Assembly: GCF_001194135.2 (NCBI RefSeq)
Contig: NC_068985.1
Span: 37,239,955-37,285,164, forward strand
Origin: Octopus bimaculoides
Lineage: Eukaryota
Direction of reading: 5' to 3'
DNA: 45,210 bases
The notes under the pieces are model-generated. The model made no database searches and was not told where the DNA came from. It saw only the letters and a list, made by a program, of their open reading frames with translations. Each line of letters starts with the position of its first letter. Positions within the stretch are counted from its first letter, which is position 1. The position numbers and the translations under genes are program-made. This document shows, one piece after another, positions 11,481-23,436 of this stretch.

Positions 11481-13614
11481 GGAGGAGGAGGAGGAGGAAT
11501 ACGATGATAATGAGGCGGACGAGGTAGCAGAAGAGGAGGAGGAATTCGACGATATTGATGACGTGGACAACGATGATGATAAGGACACCGACCACAGAAG
11601 AGATGCTGATGGCATTTTAAAAGAAAAAAAGCAATTATAAACTGTGCCATCGTTATTGACTTCTTCATAGTTTTGCATTACATCCAGTACCGTCACCACA
11701 GACAACACCAAACTGCTGTCACAATGCTGAAATATTCTAATATTGTTTCTCACCAAAAGAAAAGCGTAACAGCATAATGTCTAATCTCTCGGCCACCAAC
11801 AGTTATGATGTTATTCAGGCTATTTCGCAATAAAAACTCCCTCTAAAACCTTATTTACCATCGAATCAGAAACGGATGAGATTTGGGTTAGACGATATTT
11901 AACCTAGTTTAATTTTCTCTTCTTGATTTGTGGTTGTAGTATTTCTGAATTTCTTACAACGAAAACCACGGTTCTGAAAAATCAATGCTTTTAAAATCTT
12001 TATCTACATGTTTTATTTATCACAATTATAAAAGGTGGTGGGGGAGAACAATAGGAAGTGTAAAAAAGGGGTGATTAAGTAGCAGAATACGGAAGGGGAG
12101 TGGGCAGCGGGCTGCACACCCCAGAATGAATGGCGCGTTCAGTCGCATCCCAGGGTCATAACCGCAATGGTGTTGTTGCGAAGAATGGTCAACAACATTC
12201 GCTGCTGCAGTCACCCCATTTCGCAGGGATTTTACAAAGAACGTGTTTCTGAAATGAAAGAAGAAAAATTTTCAAAATCTAAATTTTTCTACACTGTGGT
12301 TTCCCCTTTGCCATCCGTAGTCTTTTCCTTTTCTCCATGAACAGTTTGTAATGCTTGTTGTCCATCGATTTGTTGTAGAAAACAGTTCGCGCCATACTAC
12401 TCAACTAAGCATTATAATAATCTTCACCAATATTACTGACAGTAGGCGCATCATAATCATCAATATAATCTCTATTAACACATCATGATGAAAGCATCTA
12501 ACCCCCTCGTCCTACCCCTATTATAAAATCTAGTCATCTCTACCATCATCACCATCTCGATTTACAGCTTTATCACCCACATCACTGGCCTTATATTTAT
12601 AAAAGATCGCGTCTTCAACCCCAACGCAATGAAGTCAACACACACACACACACGTCTTTCCCTATCCAACCTATATCCCATCTGCACTGAAAGGCCCATT
12701 CTATGACTCATTTGCTTAGTAATAGAAGTTTGTCCATTTTATCGTTATTTCCGTTGTTTAGGTTTTAAAATCCCACCAGGGTCACAAGCATGACATCGAA
12801 TCCCATTAAACATTACCTTTTATAACCTACTTTACTATGTGGGTGCAAGAGCGGGCGAGTGCGAGATATTCTCAGCTTAACATTTTATTCTGTTCCTCTT
12901 TACTTTATCCGTTTTCCATTCGTTTTGTTATTATTCTTCATTCTTTTATTTATCTCTCACGTTCCTTAACCTTCTTCACTTTCTCGACTTATTTTCATAT
13001 TCACTTGCACCGTGTTTGTTTCTTTTGTTTCTTTTGTAAATAATATCATAATTATTTTTCTAAACTTAACAGCTTATCTTCTTTCGTTTTTTTTTCCTTT
13101 CCATTTTTCCCCTTCCTCTCTTTTTAGATCATCATTGTCTTTCACCTCTCCTTCCCTCCACCGTGATTTTCATTCTGTGTGTTTAACATTATTATTCACT
13201 AGTTTATCTCTTCCGTTCTTATGTCATAGAAACGGCTACATCTGCTGCATCAGTGCAAGCAGCAATAAACCGAACATAAAACGCAAGCAAAAAAGAGCTG
13301 CAGTAACACATTAAACAGATACTTCGTTGATTAAATGTTCGTACAATACAAAACCATTCAGAGGTGCCAAAGACAATATTTGCTTTTCTTTGGAGATACA
13401 AATCTCTGGTCTGGATAAGTGACTAATAATAATAGATTATAATTCACTGATCATTTTTACTTTTTTACTTGTGCTTGTTATTTATGCTTGTTATTTGTGC
13501 TGGTTTTTCCTATTAGAATTTGATTTTGGTTTGTATTATGCTTTCTTTCGTTTTTCATATTTTTTCAAGAAAAATATTGCACTCACTGTTTTTCGATTAT
13601 GCGATTAAAGAAGC

Positions 13615-13619
<5 letters not shown>

Positions 13620-13652
<33 letters not shown>
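13620..13652 (+). repeat. Poly(A) tract (33 nt)
   Basis: Direct reading; ATTAAA at 13604-13609. Confidence 0.95.
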
Positions 13653-13655
<3 letters not shown>

Positions 13656-13657
<2 letters not shown>

Positions 13658-13948
13658 ATAGGAATGCGTAAGTGACACACGTACACACACACATACACAG
13701 ACACACACACGCATACACACAAACAGTACACAAAGATATATACACAAACTCTCTCACACACGCACACACTCACACATTAACACACCACACACATTAACGT
13801 ATTCATTAATATACACATATACACTTATTCAAATATACATAAGATACATATACATACAAACACACACGCACACACACACTCTCACACACACATATATATT
13901 GATATATTCATTAATATACACATATAAACTTATTTAAATATACATAAG

Positions 13949-14030
<82 letters not shown>

Positions 14031-14031
14031 A
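13656..14031. repeat. (CA)-rich low-complexity block with a ~105-bp internal tandem duplication (TATTCATTAATATACACATAT...) and a pure (CA)n run
   Basis: Direct reading, ~13800-13852 vs ~13906-13955. Confidence 0.88.
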
Positions 14032-16155
14032 CTAAGAACTTGTCTAGAATCCTTGTCACTGGGAATAACTCTATAAGGAACATAAGCGTCGTGAACAGCC
14101 TCCATAATTTTAGGAAAGCACTCAGCATTAAGATCCCTCACCTCGAAAAGTGATAATATATATATATATATTCAGAGTGTATGTATGTATATGTGTTTAT
14201 GCATATTTGTATATGTATCAAAATGTACTAGATAGCTAGAAAGGTTGATGCATAGATATATGTGTAAATACATACATACATACAAACATAAATAAATATG
14301 TATGTGAATGCATGCTTATTCAAATATACATACGCATGTATTTAGATACAAAAAGCGATATAGAAGAGGTCGTTCATAATCGAGGAAGCAGAAACGAAAC
14401 TATTTGACTGATCACTAGCAATCGGAAAGATAAATAGATCGGTAGATAAGAGGAATCTAGACATGATTTATTTTTCAGATTTTTTCCTCATATACGAAAG
14501 AAACATATGCAATACTAGTGTTAATGTCATAAGCTTTTCCTACTACACCACAACAGTACAAATAATTGCAGGTGGATATCGCACGAAATATATTGTTGCT
14601 CTTGTACATTGTTGACAGATATTCGTATGGTGATATATAAGAATATGTCTTAAAATTAAATAAAATAACATGGCGTAGAAAATACATCAATTCGGCTAGT
14701 ACAATATTTCATGTTTTTTCCTGCAACTTGTTCGCGAGTATATGGAATATAAAGTGATGTAGCTATATCATTAAACAATGCACGTATTGTCACAGTGGGA
14801 GATAAGTTTATTTGTTGGCAAAGGAAAATGCTTTCGAAGATTGAATTCTTCAGATGAACACACCAAAACATTTCTATCGTAAAGAAACCTAGTCATACAA
14901 GATTGATGTAATTTTTCAGGGATATTTTTAGTATATTTCTTGGATCCCGAAAACAGATAATGTTAATTCAATCTCTATATAATGTGATATGAAAATAAAT
15001 ATTATCCACTACATTGCTATTTAGTAAAATAGCATTTTCCAGAGTAATCTACAGGTTTGATCGAATTCATCGCCTTTCATGCTACAATAAAATTTCATTT
15101 GATTACAATAAAAGTGCAATAATTTTCTTCCACTCCAGGTTCCTTATAATCAAACCCAAAAGAAAAACAAAATCAACATTGACAGGATTTGAACTTAGTA
15201 AGGAAAGAAATGCAACTATTTATTGAAGATCTGCCACTCTACCGTCTCAGTACCTCTTCTGCATTTAATATAATAAACTTCACAATTACATCAATAATAT
15301 ACTTTACAATTACATCCCTATATAGGGATTCTCTTTTTCCTGTTACCAATACTTCGACCATGTAGCCGCACTGACATTTAGATTTACATTCATTTATTTC
15401 TGCTCCCGAAGTAACAAAACTTGTTAGTGAAGCTTAAATAAGTAACGTCGCGAATGGAGAGGTTTTAGATTTGATGCGGTGAATTCCTTGGCAAAATTGT
15501 AATCTAATCATCTTTTACCCGCTGGCGGAGTGTTCAAAACTGAAGGTATGATATTGCTGTAGCTGAAATTCGAAGAAGACATTAAAAATGAGAGAATGCT
15601 AACTATCTCTTCTTAGCCATACAAGTGACGACATTCATAAGAAAGACCTCATGCATTATTTTGAAATGTTTACATGTTCATCACCAAACTTTGAGAAAAG
15701 TATAATATTCCAATCATACTTTTTTATTGAATTTCTCGCGCAAAAGATTTTCAAACAGAATTTAGTTTCTATGGATCTAAAATGAAATGATATTAATCAA
15801 ATAATATTTATCAAATATTTGTATACAATATACAACAAACGCATGGACTGTGTGAATTGACAAAAAAAGAAGACTAACCAGATTTATATGTTTTGTTGCT
15901 GTTTGTAGCAACTCTCTGCATAGTAAATTCCAGTTTCAGTCGAAAATTACTACGTTCTTTAATAAAAGGCTCTCTCAGTTAATTCAACTGAAGATTAACA
16001 AGTTATTTAACAGGGCTGATAGTTGGGGTATAAAGTCGGAGATAGCATTCATCGTATATTCAATAGTCCCCCACTCCAAATATGCGTTTTGTCTCTTCGA
16101 ATGTTGTGATGTATGCATTATGTATGTATGTATGTATGTATGTATGTATGTATGT

Positions 16156-16692
16156 CATTATTCAATTTTATTTCAAGAGTTTTTGCCAATAGAAAAAGAG
16201 CCGGTTTCTAACCTAGATTCAAGGCCCCTTTACTAGAATTTCAACAACATTAACAAGGTATTTTTGTATGTATGTATGTACGTATGTGTGTATGTATGTA
16301 TGTATGTATGTATGTATGTATGTGTGTAGATTTATATGTTTTGTTTTATGTATGTATTCACATGCATATAATTGCATACCTAGATATGCTTATATATACT
16401 TAAATGATAAACGTCCGGAAAGTTTCACAGATTTTTACTGTTTCAGTGATAGATTCGGTTTGTAATTTTGAGAAACCTAATTTCTCAAGATTGGCATTTA
16501 GGCAGTGTGGTACAATATCCCAGTGCCCCAATAATTACAGGTATAAACCTGAACTTGCAATCTGGATAGAGTAGCTGCAAATTTCTCAATAGTTCAGCGC
16601 AGGTGTTTTCTTTTTGGCTGATCTTCAGCTTTATCTTAACATCCATTGGGCAGCTGATTTCCACAGCCGGACAGTTTCTCTTCTCTATCCCG
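16156..16692 (-). mobile_element. 5'-truncated RLE-type (R4/Dong-like) non-LTR retrotransposon: endonuclease C-terminus, 3' UTR and (CATA)n tail
   Basis: Minus-strand translation with two frameshifts: DREEKL..AVEISCPMDVKIKLKISQKENTCAELLRNLQLLYPDCKFRFIPVIIGALGY/VPHCLNANLEKLGFSK...TVKICETF*, matching the RLE pattern E(I/V)xxP..K..KY..L...P(V/I)IIGALG; AATAAA lies just before the tail. Confidence 0.78.
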
Positions 16693-17457
16693 ATGTATGT
16701 ATGTATGTAGGAATGTATGTGTGTATGTTACTTTCTTTCTTGTCTATATTTATCAGTCATTACTTTTCACGTCATTCATAGTTTTAGTTGATCATATCAA
16801 CACCAGTAATTGCTTCACTACGATAACTATTTCATCGAACTCTATTATTGCTCTTTAAATAAAGATGTTATCAGTTCGTTCGTTGTAAATATAAGATCTT
16901 TTGACAGAGCAGAGATACATAATCTTAGCAATTTATACCTCCTAAACACACTTTAAGATAAATTAATGACCACTTATGTCGGTATGTATTGAGATGGCGG
17001 GTTGATACAATCAGACATGAATAACTATACAATAGACAAACTTAGAAAAGAATTAATCAAGACTCTTAACAATTTCGACGTGAAAATAACAATAATTAGT
17101 ATTAACTTGAGGTTGTTTAATGTCTTAGCCATCACACTCAAAATTACCATAAAGATGCCATGATATTACGATTTTGTCCTTTATCTCTTAAAACGCTAAA
17201 TCTAACACAGTTAAGAAAATTTAAACCTTAATAAAAAACCATTTTCCAGTTATCCGTATTCAATTAATTAAGTCTAAACTGATGAGTATCTACGTACATA
17301 CATATATGTATATATAATTGTGTATGTTGTGAATAAAATATGTTTCTAGGCCTTCCGAAATATAAATTGAAACTTATACAACCCTCTATTTTTATGCCTT
17401 TCTAAACGCCATTGACTTTTGCAGGGTTTCTGAAACTTGTACTAGTAGTATTAGCAT

Positions 17458-17635
17458 AATGCTTAGCGGTATTTCGTCTGTCTTTACGTTCTCAGTTCAA
17501 ATTCCGCCGAGGTCGACTTTGCTTTTAATCCTTTTGGGGTCCATAAATTAAGTACCTGTTGCGTACTGGGGTCGATCTAATCGACTGGCCTCCTCCCCCA
17601 AAATTTCGGACCTTGTACATAGAATAGAAAAGAAT
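17458..17635 (+). mobile_element. 5'-truncated family-A SINE with tail B
   Basis: AATGCTTAGCGGTATTTCGTCTG through AGAATAGAAAAGAAT. Confidence 0.88.
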
Positions 17636-17869
17636 ATTTCCGTTTTATGTAGTCACTAGGAAACATACACTCCAACTCTACTCCCCACTCTTCCACTCAG
17701 TGACATATCCAAGATTAAACAGCGGGAGGGAGGGAGAGAGCTACACGAACATTCGGTTGGTATGTATTTTCAGGTTGGAGTAACGTGAAATCAAGTACCT
17801 CGCTCAGGGGCACAACACTCCCTGCAGTTACCTCGATATGCATATACTAACAAACATATATACATACTT

Positions 17870-17926
<57 letters not shown>

Positions 17927-17933
<7 letters not shown>

Positions 17934-18130
17934 ATACTGCTAAAAAGATTCTGGATTTGGGTAAAACAAAATATATGAGGATCAGTTAATTATGATTTCA
18001 TTCAACGTATTCCTTTCTCACATTCACGCACTTATAGCAGCCCTTCAGTTTTTTCTAAGCCCTGTAAAATAACTCAAAATGTTGGGCCTCCAGCCAGGCC
18101 TTTCAAGATACCCTTAAAACTAGGAACTCT
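17927..18130 (-). mobile_element. Mariner (Tc1/mariner) transposon 3' end with terminal-inverted-repeat remnant
   Basis: Minus strand KAWLEAQHFELFY/GLEKLK-CYKCVNVRKEYVE* resembles the mariner transposase C-terminus (W...Q..EF...G..KL..RW.KCV...GEYVE); terminal CGAGGGATACTGCTAAAAAG is mariner TIR-like. Confidence 0.7.
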
Positions 18131-18798
18131 TTAGCATATGTATATGAAGGCAAGCCACACTTGTGCCTACCTAACAAAAGAGAAACATCCACAAGATTGT
18201 TTTCAAAATTCTACATGCATAAATAGATTCTAAACAATAGCATAACTTAATTTAATCAGTTAAAAATTTTCCCAAAACCTCTCCATAACAACCTAATTAC
18301 CACTCCACTCAAGCCCACACACCCAAAATGATTTTAACTCAACAGAGATTATATAAAAGTAAGACTAACTCCAATGCATCGCACTCTGACTATGTCTTAG
18401 CGGGGTTCGAAGTCACTGACAACAACATTCTTGTTGACGAATAATAAATTTCTACTTTGTTTTTATTCTATAGAATACTTAAAGGCAATAGTGTATTGGC
18501 ATTTAATTTAGCCGAACTAACGTGACGAATAGAAGAAAATAGGAAGAAATAGTAAGAAAATAGTTTGAAATCGTGACTCACGGGCTGTTGTAGTTGTAGG
18601 TGGCAAGGCATAAAGACAGCGAAGTAGTCTTATGCCTGTCACATATTTTTAACGTTTGGATCTGAGAAGTTTCCGTTAAAGGTTCGCAAGGGACATATGT
18701 TAATGATATATACCAGATACCGGATGATATATACCAGACAAAATCTATAACTTAAAGTTTAAACAATGACTTTATCAGAATCTTCCAGGTGACAAAGA

Positions 18799-18829
18799 AA
18801 TTATTATCATTATTAGTATTATTATTATG

Positions 18830-18890
<61 letters not shown>
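18799..18890. repeat. (TAA)n/(TTA)n microsatellite
   Basis: Direct reading. Confidence 0.95.
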
Positions 18891-19344
18891 TGTCCTAGGT
18901 GTACGGAAAACATTCGGCGAGAAATGGAAGAAAATTTCAAGAAAGAAGAAAAGAAAGCATAATAATAATAATAATAAATAAGGAATAAAAAGATCACTTT
19001 GATTAATGTACTCGCTTCTTCTTTAATATACAACCCAGATAATTATTTTTTCGACGCTGAATTTAACTTCTTTCGAAATCAATATTTAGATATATGAACT
19101 AATGGCTACGCTAATGAAGAGAATACTTTACAGCGTTTAATTACATCCCTTTACATTCAGGGATCAATTACGCTCTTCTGACTTGACCAACACGTTGTTC
19201 TTTCTGGATTTATATATATTTTATACAGAATTCTACTAACACGGTTCTGTTATTGCAATTACTCGTTAATTACTCTGGTTAATTAACACTATTCTTGTTC
19301 AATTTTCTCGGAGCATCAAATTGCTTTCTTACTCTCCAGATTGA

Positions 19345-19884
19345 TTATATATATACGTACGCGCGCGTGCGCACACACACAAGCGCATATATATAAAAAT
19401 ATGTATGTATGTATATATGCATATGCATACACACACACATATATGTGTATACATACATATATATATGTATATATATAATATATATGGAATATAGTATACA
19501 TACATACATGTATATATATATATATATNNNNNNNNNNNNNNNNNNNNNNNNNNNNNNNNNNNNNNNNNNNNNNNNNNNNNNNNNNNNNNNNNNNNNNNNN
19601 NNNNNNNNNNNNNNNNNNNNNNNNNNNNNNNNNNNNNNNNNNNNNNNNNNNNNNNNNNNNNNNNNNNNNNNNNNNNNNNNNNNNNNNNNNNNNNNNNNNN
19701 NNNNNNNNNNNNNNNNNNNNNNNNNNNNNNNNNNNNNNNNNNNNNNNNNNNNNNNNNNNNNNNNNNNNNNNNNNNNNNNNNNNNNNNNNNNNNNNNNNNN
19801 NNNNNNNNNNNCCGCCACCCCACTGCCGCCGCCGCCACCCCACTACTGCCGGCGCCATCGGAGCTGCTGCTGCTACTGCTGCTG

Positions 19885-19926
<42 letters not shown>

Positions 19927-19940
19927 GTACCACCACCACT
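19345..19940. repeat. (TA/CA) low-complexity block, gap (N 19528-19811) and (GCC)/(TGC)/(TAC)n triplets
   Basis: Direct reading. Confidence 0.92.
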
Positions 19941-19964
19941 AAGAATAATAAATATTTCTAGCAA

Positions 19965-20168
19965 AGGCACAGGGCTAATATTCTTGGCGTGTGGGAGCTA
20001 ATTGATTTACATCAATGCCGGTGCTCGACTAGTTCTTCTTTATCGACACCGAAACGATGAAAGCCGAAGTCAATATCAGCGGAGTTTGAACAGACAAATT
20101 AAAGTCGGAAGATTTGCGGTAAGCATTTTTTACCTAGTGTGATTAAGACTGTCGCTGATCACCGCCTT
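19965..20168 (-). mobile_element. Old diverged family-A SINE
   Basis: TTTATCGACACCGAAACGATGAAAGCCGAAGTCAA...GTTTGAAC...TAAGCATTTT...CACCGCCT is a degenerate reverse complement of the consensus. Confidence 0.65.
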
Positions 20169-20175
20169 AATGATG

Positions 20176-20760
20176 AGGTCTCCACTGTAACACATCTATA
20201 ATAGAGTGAACAAAACCATTGCCCATAACGCGAACGAATGCTCTAGACTTTCCCAAAACTACTACAAGTTCTGGCGACACGATAAAGTAGCGAAAGTGCT
20301 ACTTTGGAAACTGTGCGAAACGTGGGGGCTTGAAACAGGTAAGATCTAATATGAGTACTAACTGCAGAGAGTGGCGGAGTCAGAAACTTGCAAAATCCCC
20401 TGGGATTTCTTAATCCAAACAGATCGGGTGCCAGAGCATAACAGACCAGACCTAGTGGTGCTGGGCAAGAAGTACCACATTTGCTATACAGTTGACGTTG
20501 CTTGCCCCTTTGACCGCTGAACAGTCAAGAAGGAAGGCTAAAAGATAGATAAATACAACCCTCTTAAGTACAAAATAGCCCGGCTATGGAAAATGAAGAA
20601 GGTGAAGATAATGCCAATTATTGTTGGGTCCTTGGGAACAGTATCAGAAGGCATCAAGAGGAATATAAAGGAAATCGGAATAGAGTAACCAGTAGAACTG
20701 TTACAAATGACTTGCCTCCTTGGCACGACCAGAATAATCAAGTAAGTATTAGATAGTTGA
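20176..20760 (+). mobile_element. R4/Dong-clade non-LTR retrotransposon relic: degenerate CCHC zinc knuckle and RLE domain (in frame, with stop codons)
   Basis: One frame: SPL*HIYNRVNKTIAHNANECSRLSQNYYKFWRHDKVAKVLLWKLCETWGLE...ESETCKIPWDFLIQTDRVPEHNRPDLVVLGKKYHICYTVDVACPFD...KIDKYNPLKYKIARLWKMKKVKIMPIIVGSLGTVSEG...LLGTTRIIK*VLDS*; hallmark RH, RPD, D..P and K..KY motifs. Confidence 0.88.
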
Positions 20761-20776
20761 AAAGAACAGATAGATC

Positions 20777-20990
20777 TTGTGGGATTTTACAATCCAATGT
20801 GACTTTCTAACAGATGCCTAAAGACCAGACATTGTTGTAGTAGATACCTGGGAAAGCATGCGTATGTGAAAAAGGACTGGAAAGATTGGAAAAACACAAG
20901 TTACTAAAAGACGAAACTGCATGAATGTGGGCAATGAAATCAGTAGCCTATCATCGCAGTAGTTGTAGGGGCACTCGAAGTTCGACATAT
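20777..20990 (+). mobile_element. Second, more decayed R4/Dong-like RLE fragment
   Basis: LWDFTIQCDFLTDA*RPDIVVVD ... KGLERLEKHKLLKDETA*MWAMKSV/IIAVVVGALE. Confidence 0.7.
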
Positions 20991-23436
20991 GAAGATAAAG
21001 ATCACACAACAGATCACTTAGCCCCAGCAACTTTTCCCTCGCACATCCAGCCAACGTTTCTCAGTTTTTATTTCACAGAGATCTGCATCCATCTCTGATA
21101 GGCGCTGTATGCTGTCGAAATTAACCAGTGAAGCCTATAACTTCTGCTCCAAACAGTTGAATCAAGTGTCCCTGGAAAGCCATTCACATCTGCCTGGAAA
21201 CGAAGTAGCTCGCATCCCTTGGTCAAACTCAAAGTTTGTGCCTCTCTCACCCGGTCCTATCGAAAAGCTCATTTTCTCATGCATTACAGCGAGCAATCTG
21301 GCTCTGACAATGCAACCTTTGTCCTCAACGTTGACGAATTGGTATAGAGACCATTACACCACCAGATCATGACACAATGCCTTTCCTAAGAACCTCTTCT
21401 AGGTTACTTACTAGCTATCCCTCCACTCTAGGATTCTGTACCTTTATTTCTGCACTAAATATATCAACTCTGCTTTAATAGCCTACTTCTAGGTCAACCG
21501 CCATCGGTTGTTGACCATTGTTCCCGTCAGTTCCCTCTTACGTAATTCTCTAATCTGATCTCTGTGAACTTGGGGCAGCGGGAAAGATGTTCTAGTTTCC
21601 GTTAATTATGTCCCGGCCTATGTAATCTATTTAGGTCGACCGTGCAGATTACTACCTCTTCCCTCCTCATGTGAAACGCACAGCTCAAAACTCAAACACT
21701 ATAAAGGCTAGACCTCACAGTCTCTGAGGTTCATTTTCCGGTAAACATACAAAAAAAAAGTGAAAACTGTACGCAAGAGGTCAGTTTTACATTTGAAGAC
21801 AAGAAGGTACTTCAGCTCTGATCGGTGGATGTATCTTAATAAACAAATGGAGTTGTTGATATTAGATACTGCTCTCATATATTCTTTTCGTTGTTGCGTT
21901 GATGTTGTAGTTAGTGGTAGTGCTGATGTTTCGCACCTTCATGAACTCTATTCGATCAGACTTATTATTTGTAAACATTCCGTCCTTCTCAGAGTTTGAG
22001 GGACTGCATTATATAATGTGTTCTTTGTTTTTCAAAGATGTTGAGGGTGGAGTTTGAGTTAGATTTGGTGACTATATTTAGCGCTACAGACGATTATGTA
22101 AAAGCTACCGCATTGGTTTATGGCGCTTTAACAGATACATGCAGAGATTCTAGATCCCATAACCGAAAAGAAATCATTTCACTTGTTTGCTAAAGACACA
22201 CTCACCGATACACTCGAGGCACTGATTCAAATAGCCCTGCTTCTTCCTGCCATTCAAGTGCTAAAATAATAGTTTCTCTTGTGAGTCACCAAGATGTTTG
22301 CTCACTCCAATCAGGGCCACTCAATACACTTCCCTCATTAACACTATTGTGACTCACCCTAAAATCCGCTCAATACACTTTCCTTAAGAATTTCTTACTC
22401 AGAATCTACACTTCTTTAGAATTCTTTCCTCAGCAACCCATGTTTTCACAAGGAACATTAGCCTTTAGAAGTTCAAGCTGAACATAAACTGCATTGATTT
22501 CACCAATTTTGAATGACCTGCAAATACTCAGGGCACCATCCTCCTATTACCAAAAACTAATCGAAAAGAAACACATTTTCGAGAAAAAACATTCCGACAA
22601 CATTCACCCTAATAAGATAGAAAATAATATGAAAGGAACGAATATAACTATAAACACTGCTAAATGCTTCTCTGAATTTATCAATAAACTTCGTTTTTGG
22701 ATATTGTCCCCCGGTAGCGAACAAAAAATGGCTGGTCAAATAAAATAATATTTACATAAGGAGAATACAACACAATCGTTGAGCAACATAGGTCATGAGT
22801 TGACGAAATTGTAAATCGAATCAATGAAAAATGGATTTTACTACTTACATATGGGAAAGGGCAGTAGTGCTGTCAGTGGTTTGTTTTGCTTAGGTTCATT
22901 GGTTATTTTTTCTTTACAAGTGTCTAGGGTAGATCCGATTGAAAATCAATTGATTTAAAATAACTTGGACACTTTGTTGTATCAGCAGTTTTTCAGTGAT
23001 CGAAAGCTCGCCATTGAACAATGTATTATAGAAGATGAAAAGCAAATGTAATAAGAATATATAAAACAAACAAACATATATAAATGGTATCTCGCATGAC
23101 GAAGCAAATGAAGTAAATCAGATGACACTAGCTCGTTTAGCAAACAGAATGCCAGTGTAAATAGAAAATAAACAAAAATACATTGAATAACTTACTTAAA
23201 AGACACAAATAAATATTTTTAGTTTTTCTCTTAGATTTAATCAAGTAAAAATAAAGCGTGGCACCAAAATACACGTACCAAGCGATATATCGTGATTTTG
23301 TGGAAATGCTGTCTGTTTAAGTGCTACCAGAAAATTGGACTCTGCACCAAAATATCTATTGAACTCTAATTATATTGTTATAATTGAGTGTTTTAAGGCT
23401 GAATCAAGCAAAATCTGTAATCCAAATTGAATTTAT

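Noticed and set aside
15311-15327. 16-bp palindrome ATCCCTATATAGGGAT
   Set aside because: Isolated and short; no supporting context.
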